NCBI GenBank assembly: GCA_964016885.1
Contig: OZ024747.1
Span: 57,102,001 to 57,166,000, forward strand
Source of the DNA: Eledone cirrhosa
Lineage: Eukaryota
DNA length: 64,000 nt
Direction of reading: 5' to 3'
Notes under the pieces: model-generated
The model's database searches: none
Seen by the model: only the letters and a program-made list of their open reading frames with translations
What the model was told of the DNA's origin: nothing
Program-made: the position numbers and the translations under genes
Part shown: positions 37,645-51,808 of the stretch, in pieces
Layout: each line of letters starts with the position of its first letter
Numbering within the stretch: the first letter of the stretch is position 1

Positions 37645-39385
37645 CATCATCATCATCATCAACGTTTAACGTCCGTGTTCCACGCTTGCATGGGTTTGGA
37701 CGGGGGTAGTCCCACTTGAGGCAAGAGTGATTGTCTTGCTCGCATAGGACTGTCTGGCAGGTTTTCTACAGTTGGATGCCCTTCCTAACACCAACCACAT
37801 TTACAGTGTGGGTCTGGGAGGTTTTTACCGTGTTGCCTACACGGCCACATTACAGCGTGGACTGTGTGTTTTTTTGTCGTGACACCTACACGATCTCATT
37901 TGTTTCGGCCTGGATGGCGCGGCACCAACATAACTTTACATAGAACGGGGTGGTGTGGATGGGGTGGGGGTGATGGCGGGACGGGGTGTAGTTTGTTAGA
38001 GATGCCTACTGGCAAGGCGGGTCTTCTCTGTTACTGAGTACCGCCAAAGGTCACGGTCCAGTGACATTGTCTTGGAGAGGTGTAAGTGTGTGAGGTCGGA
38101 GTTTATCAGCTCATCCCATGTTTTTCTAGGTCTGCCTATTCCGTGGCTACCGTCTATCTTTATTGCCCTGCACTTTGTAATACAGCTATCGACTTTCATG
38201 CGCATCATGTGTCCATACCAACGCAGCCTTCTCTCGAGTAAACAACATCTGATCCCTCTTATCTCTAATTTTTTCCTTAGTTCGTTTATGCTTTGCCGTT
38301 CACGTATATTACTGTTACACATCCAGCGGAGCATGCAAGCTTCGTTCCTCTCTAGTCTGCGTATATCCTCTGCACACAATGCCCAGGTCTCACTACCATG
38401 CAACATTGCTGTTCGTATGCAGGCATCGTACAACCTGCCTTTCATTTTTAGGGAGAACCCTTTAGCAGCTAATAGTGGTATAAGCTCTCTGAACTTTTTC
38501 CAACCAGTTCTGACTCTAGCTACAGTACTTTCAGAGCACCCCCCCCCCCCCCCCCCCCACTGCTGATTTTATCGCCCAGGTAACGGAAGCTGTCCACTAT
38601 TTCTATAGAACCCTCTGCGCAATTGAAAGAGCTAGTATTTTGTGGGCACTTGCTGCTACTTATTGCACCAGAACACCGGCCACATGTAAAGTCTATGTTC
38701 TTTGTTAGCTTACCTGTGATCCCACTACATCTTTTATGCACCCATACTTTGCATTTAGGACATAAGATGGAGTTTCTACCTACGCCTTTCCTACATACCG
38801 AGCACGACCATTTCCCAGAAGGGACCGCCGCCTTGTTTTCTTTCCTACAAACTAGAACTTTGGTCTTAGCCAGGTTAATTTTAAGTTCTTTTGACTCTAG
38901 GCCGTGCTTCCATGTTTGGAATTTCTTCTCTAGCTCGGCCATTGATTCCGCTATGAGTGTCAGGTCGTCTGCGTATAGGAGTTCCCATGGGCAGCCTGTC
39001 TTGAACTCCTCTGTTATAGCCTGAAGGGCAATAATAAATAGTAGGGGGCTGAGAACAGAGCCCTGATGGACGCCAACTTTTACGCTAAACTCTTCACTAT
39101 ATTCGTTGTTAATTCTAACCTTGCTGACTGTTTCTTTATACATGGCTTGTATAGCCCTCACAAGCCATTCGTCAACGCCTAGTTTTCTAAGAGCCCACCA
39201 GATAATGGAGCGGGGGACTCTGTCGAAGGCTTTCTCCAGGTCGACAAAAGCTAAGTAGAGGGGTTTACCTTTAGCTAGGTACTTCTCCTGTAGTTGTCGT
39301 ACTATGAAAAGAGCGTCTGTGGTGCTTTTGCCTGACACAAACCCGAACTGCATTTCATCTAGATCAATTCTCTCTCTGATTAGTA
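37645..39385 (-). mobile_element. RTE LINE (family B), 5'-truncated: RT, PHD finger, C-terminus and 3'UTR; frameshift at a poly-G run
   Basis: ORFs 38520-39404 and 37996-38445; YADD; CSVC..CPKC..HKRC..CGRC; run of ~20 C at 38539-38558. Confidence 0.92.
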
Positions 39386-39417
39386 TATATATATATATAT
39401 ACATATATTATATATAC

Positions 39418-39478
<61 letters not shown>

Positions 39479-39798
39479 AATACATTACACAAAGAGAAGT
39501 GTGTTACACAGTGAGATGTGTGTAAAGAATTATTACAAGTAAGTTTAACCGTTACTGCATGGAGAATAATATCTACAGGTTTGCAATTAAATAGAAAAAA
39601 ACTAAGTCAGAATCAAATCTGTGAAGTAGAGTTTTAAATTACCAACCTTATAACTATAAGCTTGCTGACATGAATCTAGTTCGTTTCCCCACAGAAATGT
39701 GCAGTTTAACAGCCCACAGGTTCCTCAGTCAGTAAGTGTGGATTCTGTTCACGACACATCTAACCTCATGGATAGATAGAAAACTAATATACACGCTG

Positions 39799-40160
39799 CC
39801 CTGGAAAGGGATAACTTTCCAGGGATAACTTGAACCATTAAGGTATATTATCCTTGGTTATGTCAAATATTTATAAAACATTTTGTATTTTATCTGATGA
39901 TAGCGTACCAAAATTTTGGTACCCTTTAAATATATATAATTGAATAAATATGGTTTTATGAATATAGTTTCCATTTATTTAATATCATTGAATATTTACT
40001 CCAGAAAACTGTCGAGTGCTCTGAATCAGTTATAGACATTTATATTTGTTGTATTTCCAACAAACTAAATATCCCTACTACTTATATATATATATATTCA
40101 TATATTTAAAAAAAAGGAAAAGAATGACTTCAATTGTTGTTCTAAACAATTTAATTTGAT
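39799..40160 (+). mobile_element. Family C element, non-folded copy; hammerhead 39886-39946 with GAAA mutated to TAAA
   Basis: Reverse complement of 36053-36420; starts at the CCCTGGAAAG-GGATAA-CTTTCCAGGG hairpin. Confidence 0.8.
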
Positions 40161-40336
40161 TTTATAATATTATAATTTTGCAATTTGGTTTTGTAGATCT
40201 TCAAAACCAAATTATATTGTTATAAATTAAATTAAATTGTTTAGAACTATAAGTGAATTCATTCTTTTCCTTTTTTTAAATATACCTAAGTGTACTAAAG
40301 ATTTCGAACATTTTCTAATATATATATATATATATT

Positions 40337-40377
<41 letters not shown>

Positions 40378-40388
40378 GTGTGTGTGTG

Positions 40389-40447
<59 letters not shown>

Positions 40448-40494
40448 TAAGAAATCATATACACAAAAAATGTAGGTAATAACTTCATTACTTT

Positions 40495-40700
40495 GAGAAG
40501 CTAGGTGTGAAGAATGTCCTGAAATTCTTTGCAAAGGCCCACTTTTAGTGGTTCAGTTACAAATCATGTGTATTGAAGACAAGTGTTCTGAAGAGATGGT
40601 TCAACTGGCAGCCGACTATGAAAATTCTGGTTGATCATCTGCAGAAAAGATGAATTCAGATCATCAAGGATGGAGTTGAGCTGAGTTGATGATGGTGGTG
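40495..40700 (+). pseudogene. Highly degenerate LINE (RTE-like) 3' end
   Basis: KLGVKNVLKFFAKAHF*WFSY..VLKRWFNWQP..KR*IQIIKD followed by a (GAT/GGT)n tract. Confidence 0.5.
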
Positions 40701-40929
40701 ATGGTGGAGATGGTGGTGCAGAAGGTGGTCCTGGTTTTTGTGGGGTGCTGGGTAATTTAAATTCTTTGATTTATTGTTTGATAGATTGTTTAGTGTGGTA
40801 TGTGGATGTTGTCTTTGAGCCAAGTTGTAACTAAACACTAATCAAGGTCAATATGAACAATAACAACAATAACAAAAAAATGGACTCTTTTCACTCCTGT
40901 AGTCACTACTGCCAACTGCAGCAGCAGCA

Positions 40930-41705
40930 TCACCACCATCATCACTGTAACTAGCTACACCAATAACAACAACAATACACTACTACCACCACCACCAACA
41001 ACAACAACAACAACACAGGAGTTACCACCACCAACAACACAACCAGCAACAACACCACCACCAACAACAACAACACCAGAGTTACCACCACAGTTACCAC
41101 CACCACCACAGTTACCACCACCACCAGAGTTACCACCACCACAGTTACCACCACCAACAACAACACCACCACAGTTACCACCACCACCAACAACACCACC
41201 ACAGTTACCACCACCAACAACAACACCACCACAGTTACCACCACCAACAACAACACCACCACAGTTACCACCACCACAGTTACCACCAACAACAACAACA
41301 CCACCACAGTTACCACCACCAGTTACCACCACCAACAACACCACCACCACAGTTACTACCACCACAGTTACCACCAACAACAACAACACCACCACAGTTA
41401 CCACCACCAACAACAACACCACCACCACAGTTACCACCACCAACAACAACACCACCACAGTTACCACCACCAACAACAACACCCCCACAGTTCCCACCAC
41501 CACAGTTACCATCACCAACAACAACACCACCACCACAGTTATCACCACCACCACCAACAACACCACCACCACCAGTTACCAACAACACCACCACCACCAG
41601 TTACCAACAACACCACCAACACAGTTACCACCAACAACAACAACAACACCACAGTTACCACCAACAACAACAACAACCCCACCACAGTTACCATCACCAT
41701 CACCA
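40930..41705. repeat. ACC/AAC-rich minisatellite (ACCACCACAGTT motif)
   Basis: Direct reading. Confidence 0.9.
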
Positions 41706-41789
41706 AACTTTAAAGGAGCGTAACTACATGCCACAAAGCATGTCTGATGCTCTACAGATACTGCTAATCCATTGCCCTTCCACTCAAAA

Positions 41790-42190
41790 TAATAATTGTT
41801 TCTATTGTTGGTACAAGGCCATCAATTTGGAGCAGGGGTCAACTAAATCGACCCAGTGTGTTACTGGTACTTTATTTTATTGACCCCATAAGGATAAAAT
41901 CTAAAGCTAATCATAGCAGGATTTGAACTCAGATGAAAAAGGCCATTACTATATGCCGCAAAGCATGTCTGACGCTCTTCCGATACTGCCAATCCAAAAA
42001 TAATAATTGTATCTACTTTTGGCATAAGGCCAGCAATTATACCAGTGTATTACTGGTACTTTATTTTATCGACCCCGTAAGGATGAAAGGCAAAGTTAAC
42101 CTCGGCGGGATTTGAACTTAGAATAGCAAGGGCTGTAACTCTATGTGTCAAAGCATGGCGTCTGACCCTCTACCGATACTGCCAATCCAA
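41790..42190 (-). mobile_element. Two tandem SINE family 2 copies
   Basis: Reverse complement of the 103-282 body at about 41790-42000 and 42005-42190. Confidence 0.75.
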
Positions 42191-42224
42191 TAATGGTAGT
42201 ATAAAGTTATGGTAGAAAACACTT

Positions 42225-42415
42225 GCTTAAAGTGTTGCTCAAAGTGTTGCTCAAAGTATTGCTTAAAGTGTTGCTCAAAGTATTGCTGAAAGTGGGGCTG
42301 AAAGTGTTGCTCAAAGTGTTGCTCAAAGTATTGCTTAAAGTGTTGCTCAAAGTATTGCTGAAAGTGGTGCTGAAAGTGTTGATCAAAGAATTGCTCAAAA
42401 TATTGCTCAAAGTTT
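42225..42415. repeat. 12-bp minisatellite (AAAGTGTTGCTC), ~16 copies
   Basis: Direct reading. Confidence 0.9.
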
Positions 42416-42539
42416 TGTGAAGTGAGAGAGGACTCAGAACCATATAGTTGCAAAATGAATTTAACCACATGGACATACACACCACCATCATACCAAGATC
42501 ATTATCACCATCATCACTAAACCCACCTTTCTTTAACAA

Positions 42540-42940
42540 AATTAGTTGTTGAAATGTTGTATCTCTTTGCCTCTTTTATAAATACTCCATTGTGAATTGT
42601 TCTGATGAGCTTCTCCTTAGTTACCTTGTAATCACAAGTTTAAATAAAACACCAGGCTGGAGGCTAGGTCTCATCCATTTTACAGTTGAAATTTTTAAAT
42701 GCAATCACAAATTCTATTCTGATACTTTCTTCCCACATACATCTTGCCTATGGAATTTTCTTCCAGCTTCTATCTTTCCTGACCTCTAACTACAATTGGT
42801 AAAAATTCAAAAGCAACATCCATTGTCATCTTCTCTCTCCTTGACTTATGTTCTCTCTGGTATAGCCATCTCGCTTCAACGTAACCCTTTGCATTTTAGT
42901 GGCTTTACTACCTTGCTTGGGGTGAAAAAGAAAAAGAATG
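42540..42940 (+). pseudogene. CR1/Zenon-like LINE 3' end
   Basis: HFTVEIFKCNHKFYSDTFFPHTSCLWNFLPASIFPDL; A-rich tail. Confidence 0.65.
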
Positions 42941-43276
42941 AGACCATATAAATTTAACCCTTAATCTAAGCAAATTCTATCCTCCAAATACATGCCTGGA
43001 GGACCACACTTAGAGAACAGTGGATGGGAGGGAGATGTTGAGTTTAAACTGATATTCCCTCCAACTTTCTGTTAATCTACCCATCCATCCATCGGTCATG
43101 AATTCCTCTTCTGGACACAGCCAGTTTCTTCCACAAAAAGAAAGAAAGAATCTTTGTGTGTGTGTGTGTGTTTGTGTGTGTGTATTTGTATGTGCATGTA
43201 TGTGTGTGAAAGTGTGAAAGTGAGAGTGTGTGTGTGTGTGAAAGAGAGAAGGAGGAAGAAGTGATCCCAGTATTTA

Positions 43277-46200
43277 GTGGTGTTGGTGGTGGTGGTGGTG
43301 GTGGCCGTGGTGTTGATGGTGGTGACGATGGTGGTAGTGGTGGTGATGGCGGTATTGGTGATGGTTGTATTGGTGTTGGTGGTGGGTGTAGGGGTGGTGG
43401 TGGTATTGGTCTTGGTAGTGGTGGTGTTGGTGGTGCTATTGGTGGTGGTGGTGGTGGTGGTATTGGTGATGGTGGTATTGGTGTTGATAGTGGTGGTGTT
43501 GGTAGTGGTGGTGTTGTTGTTGGTGGTGGTATTGGTAGTGGTTGTGTTGGTGGTGGTGTTGGTAGTGGTGGTGGTGTTGTTGTTGTTGGTGGTGGTGTTG
43601 GTAGTGTTGTTGTTGTTGGTGGTGGTTGTAGTGGTGTTGGTGGTGGAGGTGGTGGTGGTGTTAGTGGTGTTGGTGGTGGTGGTGTTAGTGTTGGTAGTGG
43701 TGGTGTTGGTGGTGAGTGTAGGGCTGGTGGTGGTGGTGAGTGTAGGGCTGGTGGTGGTATTGGTCTTGGTAGTGGTGGTGTTGGTGGTGCTATTGGTGGT
43801 GGTGGTGTTGGTAGTGGTGTTGGTGGTGGTGGTGGTATTGGTGTTAGTAGTGGTGTTGTTGTTGTTGGTGGTGGTGGTGGTGGTTGTGATGGTGATGGTA
43901 GATGTGGTGTTGGTGTTTGTGGTGGTGGTAGTGGTGGTGATGGTAGTAGATTTGGTGGGGGGTGATGGTATTGGTCTTGTTAGCGGTGGTGTTGGTGGTG
44001 ATGTTGTTGTTGGTGATGATGGTGGTGGTGGTAGTGGTGAGTTTGTAAATAAATGATTTGATATATATCTCTATGGTATAAATGTAGCTGAGTTCATTGA
44101 GTGCATTCACTGGCGACATCACAAAGAAATATGAAGAATAAAATCAACAGCAGCAGCAGCAGCAGCACTACAACCACTGTCTGCACCATCAAGGCCAGCA
44201 CCTATAATACCACTTCAACTAATAGGGCAACAACACCCTACATCACCTATACCCTCACCACTACCATCACCACTACCATCACACTCATCATCACAACCAT
44301 CACCACTACCATCACAACCATCATCACAACCATCACCACTACCATCACCACTACCATCACAACCATCACCATTACCATCACCACTACCATCACAACCATC
44401 ACAACCATCACCACTACCATCACAACCATCACCACTACCATCACAATCATCACCACTACCATCACAATCATCACCACAACCATCACAACCATCACAACCA
44501 TCACCAATACCATCACATCCATCACCACTACCATCACAACAATCACAACCATCACCACTACCATCACAACCATCACCACTACCATCACAATCATCACCAC
44601 TACCATCACAATCATCACCACTACCATCACAACCATCACCACTACCATCACATCCATCACTACTACCATCACCACTACAATCACCACTACCATCACAACC
44701 ATCACCACTACCATCACAACCATCACCACTACCATCACAACCATCACCACTACCATCACAACAATCACAACCATCACCAATACCATCACAACCATCACCA
44801 CTACCATCACAACCATCACCACTACCATCACAACCATCACCACTACCATCACCACTACAATCACAACCATCACTACTACCATCACAACCATCACCACTAC
44901 CATCACAACCATCACCACTACCATCACCACTACCATCACTGCCACCACTAACAAGAACACTACCACCAACATCACGACCACCATCATCATAAGCAGTACT
45001 TCTTCCATCCCACCACCACCACCGCTATCAGCAGCACGACGGGGGGGTTGGGGGGGGGGGGGGGGGGCAACATCATCACCACCACCTCCACCAACACCAA
45101 CACTGCCACCACCACCACCAACACCAACACCACCACCAACACCAACACCACCACCACCACCAACACCAACAACAAAAATATGCCAACTCCCACCATCACT
45201 ATCAGTAGCACTACCTTCACTATCACTAACACCAACAACAACAACATCACTAATATGCCAGCCACCACCACAACAACTGCAGCAACTAAATGTTTTCACT
45301 AGCCCCACCACCACCACCACCTGCACAATCAGTAGCACTCCCCCACTACCCCCACTAACACCAACAACAACAACTACATGCCAAAAACCACCACAACTAC
45401 CACCACCACCACCCAACCACTACCACCACCACTACTACCATTACAACTACAGCTATTATAATGTTTTCAGTAGCCCCATCACTACCATCACCAACAACAA
45501 CACACCAATATGCCAACCACCACCACCACCACCACCACAACCAACAACACACAAATATGCCAACAACCACTACCACCAGCACCACCACCGCAACCACTAT
45601 TGCCACCACCACCACCACTACCACCACCACAACCACAACCACTACCACAACAACCACAACCAGTACTGCCCCCCCCCCACTAACACAACCACCACCAACA
45701 CACCAATATGCCAACCACCACAAACAACACCACCACCACCACCACCAACACACCAATATGCCAACCACCACAAACAACACCACCACCACCACCACCAACA
45801 CACCAATATGCCAACCACCACAAACAACACCACCACCACCACCACCAACACACCAATATGCCAACCACCACCACCACCTACAACAACAACAACACCAATA
45901 TGCCAACCACCACCACCACCACTACCTCCAACAACACACCAATATGTCAACCACCACTACAACAACTACCACTACGACCACCACCACTACTACTGCCACC
46001 ACCACCACTACAACTGCTACCACCACTACCACCACCTCCACCACAACCACTACTGCCACCACCACCACTACAACCACTACCACCACCACCACCACAACCA
46101 CTACTGCCACCACCACCACTACAACCACTACCACCACTACCACCACCACCACCACCACAACCACTACTGCCACCACCACCACTACCACCACTACCACCAC

Positions 46201-46370
46201 TACCACCACCACCACCACCACTACTGCCACCACCACCACTACAACCACTACCACCACCACCACTACTGCCACCACCACCACTACAACTACAGCTACTCAC
46301 CACCACCACTACTGCTACCACCACCACCACTACAACCACTACCACCACCACTACAACTACAGCTACTATG
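43277..46370. repeat. Compound GGT-rich and ACC/ATC/TAC-rich minisatellites
   Basis: 43277-44040 is (GGT)-rich; 44250-44940 has a 21-bp CCATCACAACCATCACCACTA unit; 45070-46370 has ACC-rich units. Confidence 0.92.
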
Positions 46371-46469
46371 TTTTCAGTATCCAAACCAGTAGGGAGTTAG
46401 TTTTAAGGAGATTTTACTGTTAATTCTAACAGGTTCACTGATCACATACTGGCTTCTTTGATGTTACAG

Positions 46470-49110
46470 CTACCACATATACACATACCTATACTACCAT
46501 ACACACACATACCTATACTACCACATATACATACCTACACTACCACATATATACACATACATATACTACCACATATACACATACCTATACTACCATATAC
46601 ACACATACCTACACTACCATATATACACATATACCTATACTACCACATATACACATACCTATACTACCACATATACACACATACCTATACTACCATATAT
46701 ACACATACCTATGCTACCACATATACACATTTACCTATACTACCATATATACACATATACCTATACTACCACATATACACATACCTATACTACCACATAT
46801 ACACATATACCTATACTACCATATATACACATACCTATACTACCACATATACACATATACCTACACTACCATATACACACATACCTATACTACCACATAT
46901 ACACATACCTACACTACCATATATACACATACCTATACTACCACATATACACATTTACCTATACTACCATATATGCACATATACCTATACTACCACATAT
47001 ACACATACCTATACTACCACATATACACACATATCTATACTACCATATATACACATACCTATACTACCACATATACACATTTACCTATACTACCATATAT
47101 ACACACAGCTACACTACCACATATACACATACCTATACTACCATATATACACATACCTACACTACCACATATACACATAGCTACACTACCACATATACAC
47201 ATACCTACACTACCACATATACACATACCTACACTACCATATACACACATACCTATACTAACATATACACACATACCTATACTACCACATATACACATAT
47301 ACCTACACTACCATATACACACATACCTATACTACCACATATACACATACCTATACTACCACATATACACACATACCTATACTACCATATACACACATAC
47401 CTACACTACCATATACACATATACCTATACTACCATATATACACATACCTATACTACCACATATACACATTTACCTATACTACCACATATACACATACCT
47501 ACACTACCACATATACACATACCTACACTACCACATACACACATATACCTATACTACCACATATATACACATACCTATACTACCATATACACACATACCT
47601 ATACTACCACATATACACACATACCTATACTACCACATACACACATATACCTATACTACCACATATATACACATACCTACACTACCATATATACACATAC
47701 CTACACTACCACATATACACATAGCTACACTACCACATATACACATACCTACACTACCACATATACACATATACCTATACTACCATATATACACATACCT
47801 ACACTACCACATATACACATAGCTACACTACCACATATACACATACCTACACTACCACATATACACATAGCTACACTACCACATATACACATACCTACAC
47901 TACCACATATACACATACCTACACTACCACATATGCACATATACCTATACTACCACATATACACATACCTACGCTACCACATATACACATATACCTACAC
48001 TACCACATATACACATACCTACACTACCACATATACACATACCTATACTACCATATATACACATACCTACACTACCACATATACACATATACCTATACTA
48101 CCATATATACACATACCTACACTACCACATATACACATTTACCTATACTACCATATATACACATACCTACACTACCACATATACACATATACCTACACTA
48201 CCACATACACACACATACCTACACTACCACATATACATATATACCTACACTACCACATATAGACATACCTATACTACCACATATACACATACCTATACTA
48301 CCACATACACACATATACCTATACTACCACATATATACAAATACCTATACTACCATATACACACATACCTATACTACCACATACACACATATAACTATAC
48401 TACCACATATACACACATATACCTATACTACCACATATATACACATACCTATACTACCATATACACACATACCTATACTACCACATATACACACATACCT
48501 ATACTACCACATACACACATATACCTATACTACCACATATATACACATACCTATACTACCATATACACACATACCTATACTACCACATATACACACATAC
48601 CTATACTACCACATACACACATATAACTATACTACCACATATACACACATATACCTATACTACTACATATATACACATACCTATACTACCATATACACAC
48701 ATACCTATACTACCACATACGCACATAACTATACTACCACATACACACATATAACTATACTACCACATATACACACATATACACACATATACCTATACTA
48801 CCACATATATACACATACCTATACTACCATATACACACATACCTATACTACCACATACACACATATAACTATACTACCACATATACACACATACCTATAC
48901 TACCACATACACACATATAACTATACTACCACATATACACACATATACCTATACTACCACATATATACACATACCTATACTACCATATACACACATACCT
49001 ATACTACCACATACGCACATAACTATACTACCACATATACACACATACCTATACTACCACATATACACACATACCTATACTACCACATATATACACATGC
49101 CCATACTACC
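46470..49110. repeat. ~24-26-bp minisatellite (ACACATACCTATACTACCACATAT), ~2.6 kb
   Basis: Direct reading. Confidence 0.95.
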
Positions 49111-49114
49111 ACTA

Positions 49115-49298
49115 TAGTAGCATTGGTGGTGGTAATAGTAGTAGTAGTAGTAGTACTAGTAGTAGTAGTAGTAGTGGTGGTAGTGGTAGTAGTGGTGGTA
49201 GTAGTAGTAGTAGTAATAGTAGTAGTAGTAGTAATAGTAGTAGTAGTAGTAGTAGTAGTAGTAGAAATAGTAATAGTGGTAGTAGTAGTAGCAGCAGC

Positions 49299-49385
<87 letters not shown>

Positions 49386-49406
49386 GGTAGTAGTAGCAGT
49401 AGTAGT

Positions 49407-49447
<41 letters not shown>

Positions 49448-49460
49448 TGGTAGTAGTAGC

Positions 49461-49498
<38 letters not shown>

Positions 49499-49550
49499 CA
49501 GCAGCAGCAGTAGCAGCAGCAGTAGTAGTAGTAGTAGTGGTAGTAGTAGC

Positions 49551-49621
<71 letters not shown>

Positions 49622-49655
49622 AAATAGTAATAGTGGTAGTAGTAGTAGCAGCAGC

Positions 49656-49729
<74 letters not shown>

Positions 49730-49742
49730 TGGTAGTAGTAGC

Positions 49743-49828
<86 letters not shown>

Positions 49829-49830
49829 TT
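49115..49830. repeat. (GTA)n/(GCA)n compound microsatellite
   Basis: Direct reading; blocks 49240-49440 and 49600-49830 resemble each other. Confidence 0.95.
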
Positions 49831-49846
49831 ATATGTATAGACTCAA

Positions 49847-49952
49847 CTCCTGAGGGGGTCGGATGGGCGCCATATTGACGAATGGCGTTTCATTGTAATT
49901 TTTTAAACCTGGCAGAGCCCATCTCCTCTCCAGGTATGAATAAAACAGATCT
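49847..49952 (-). pseudogene. Candidate host exon (B)
   Basis: ~55-nt polypyrimidine tract plus TTGAAG acceptor; frame DLFYSYLERRWALPGLKNYNETPFVNMAPIRPPQE; followed by TTGAGT, one change from a GTGAGT donor. Confidence 0.55.
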
Positions 49953-50144
49953 CTTCAAGAGAAGGATAGAGGGAGTGAGGGAATGGAAATGAGAAAGAGA
50001 TATAGAGGAAGAACTGACCCCAGTAGTAGACTGGTACTTTTTTATCAACTTCAAAAGGATGAAAGGTAAAGTTCACTTCTGCTGGATTTGAACTCATAGA
50101 CCACATATCATTCTATCTAACTTTCTAATGACTCTTTACTGCCT

Positions 50145-50469
50145 AGTAATAGTAGTGGTGGTGGTGGTAGTAGTAGTGGTAGTGGTGGTGCTGGTGCTGG
50201 TGGTGGTGGTGGTGGTGGTGGTATAGTAGTAGTAGTGGTGGTGGTGGTGGTGCTGGTGGTGGTACTAGTAGTAGTAGTAGTGGTGGTGGTGGTGGTGGTG
50301 GTGGTGGTGGTATAGTAGTAGTAGTGGTGGTGGTGGTGGTGCTGGTGCTGGTGGTGGTGGTGGTGGTATAGTAGTAGTGGTGGTGGTGGTGGTGCTGGTG
50401 GTGGTACTAGTAGTAGTAGTAGTGGTGGTGGTGGTGGTGGTGGTTGTGGTGGTGGTGGTGGTGGTGGTG

Positions 50470-50511
<42 letters not shown>

Positions 50512-50535
50512 ATAGCAGCTGTAATAGTAGTAGTG

Positions 50536-50598
<63 letters not shown>

Positions 50599-51390
50599 AA
50601 CAAATAGCAACAAACAACAAGCAATGAATGAACAAGAAAATGATATAGGAAGGAGGGAGTGGTGGAGAAGGAGATAGACAGAGAGTGGGGGAAAGAGAGT
50701 ACGAGAGGGGGAACAGATAGAGAGTGTAAGAGAGCAGAGAGAGAGAGAGGGAAAGGGAGAAGGTGAATAGATGGAGAGAGATATAGAGAAAAGAGAGATA
50801 GAGAGGGGATGGAGGTGAGACAGAGTCAGATAGAGGGAGAGAGAAAGAGAGAATGAGAGCGAGAATAGTTGGAGAGCAAAAGAGGGATATATATATAGAG
50901 AGAGGGAGAGGGAGAAATAGAGAGAGAGAGGCAGACATAGAGGGAGAGGCAGAGGGAGAGAGAGAGTGAGAGGCAGAATAGAGGGAGGGATGTAGAAATA
51001 GAGAGAGTGAGAGAGAGGTGGCCGGAGAGAGAGAGAGAGGCAGACACAAAGATAGAGAGAGTGCGAGAGAGTGAACACACAGAGATAGAGAGAGTGAGAG
51101 AGGGGCAGACAGAGAGATAGAGAGAGTGAGAGAGAGGCAGACACAGAGAGATAGAGAGAGTGAGAGAGAGGCAGACAGAGAGATAGAGAGTGAGAGAGAG
51201 TGAACACACAGAGATAGAGAGAGTGAGAGAGGGGCAGACAGAGAGATAGAGAGAGCGAGAGAGAGGCAGACACAGAGAGATAGAGAGAGTGAGAGAGAGG
51301 CAGACAGAGAGATAGAGAGAGAGAGAGGGACAGCCAGAGAGATAGAGAGAGTGAGAGAAGGGGCAACCATACAGGAAGAAAGAGAGGATA
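50145..51390. repeat. (GGT/GTA)n and GA-rich low-complexity/minisatellite
   Basis: Direct reading. Confidence 0.9.
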
Positions 51391-51415
51391 AGATCCTAGT
51401 AAATTGGCCACTTAC

Positions 51416-51484
51416 CAAAGATAATTCTTGGTGAAGGTTTGTCAGAAGATCAGTTGGAATTTATTGACACTTCGTGTCTGGTAT
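51416..51484 (-). pseudogene. Candidate host exon (A) with in-frame TGA
   Basis: ACACAG acceptor, 69-nt phase 2-2 exon YQTRSVNKFQLIF*QTFTKNYL, canonical TG|GTAAGT donor. Confidence 0.5.
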
Positions 51485-51762
51485 CTGTGTTATTGAACAC
51501 AATGGTAAAACAAGAGAATTGCAGAGTAGCAGGATAAGAGAAGAGTAGAACATGGCACCCAGTGTATGTTTTAATATGATTGACTTCTAAATGAAGATTA
51601 ACATTTCTTTAGATTAACATGAAGAATATGTTTATTGACTTATACTCAAGTCTCTATAGATTTTTACTTTATTTTGTTTTCCTGTTGTTTCTCTTGGCCA
51701 TTATGATGTCTCAATAACAAGATCTCTCTCTCTCTATATATATATACACACGTACGTATATA

Positions 51763-51808
<46 letters not shown>

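Noticed and set aside
39695-39731. Plus-strand 37-nt mini-exon with good acceptor and GTAAGT donor
   Set aside because: Isolated, with no phase-compatible partner found; such signals arise by chance.
40656-40838. Poly-His ORF as a possible terminal exon
   Set aside because: The His run is the complement of the (GAT/GGT)n tail of a decayed plus-strand LINE.
44101-46392. 763-aa mucin/extensin-like ORF
   Set aside because: Stop-free trinucleotide-based repeats open in several frames on both strands, with no domain or splice support.
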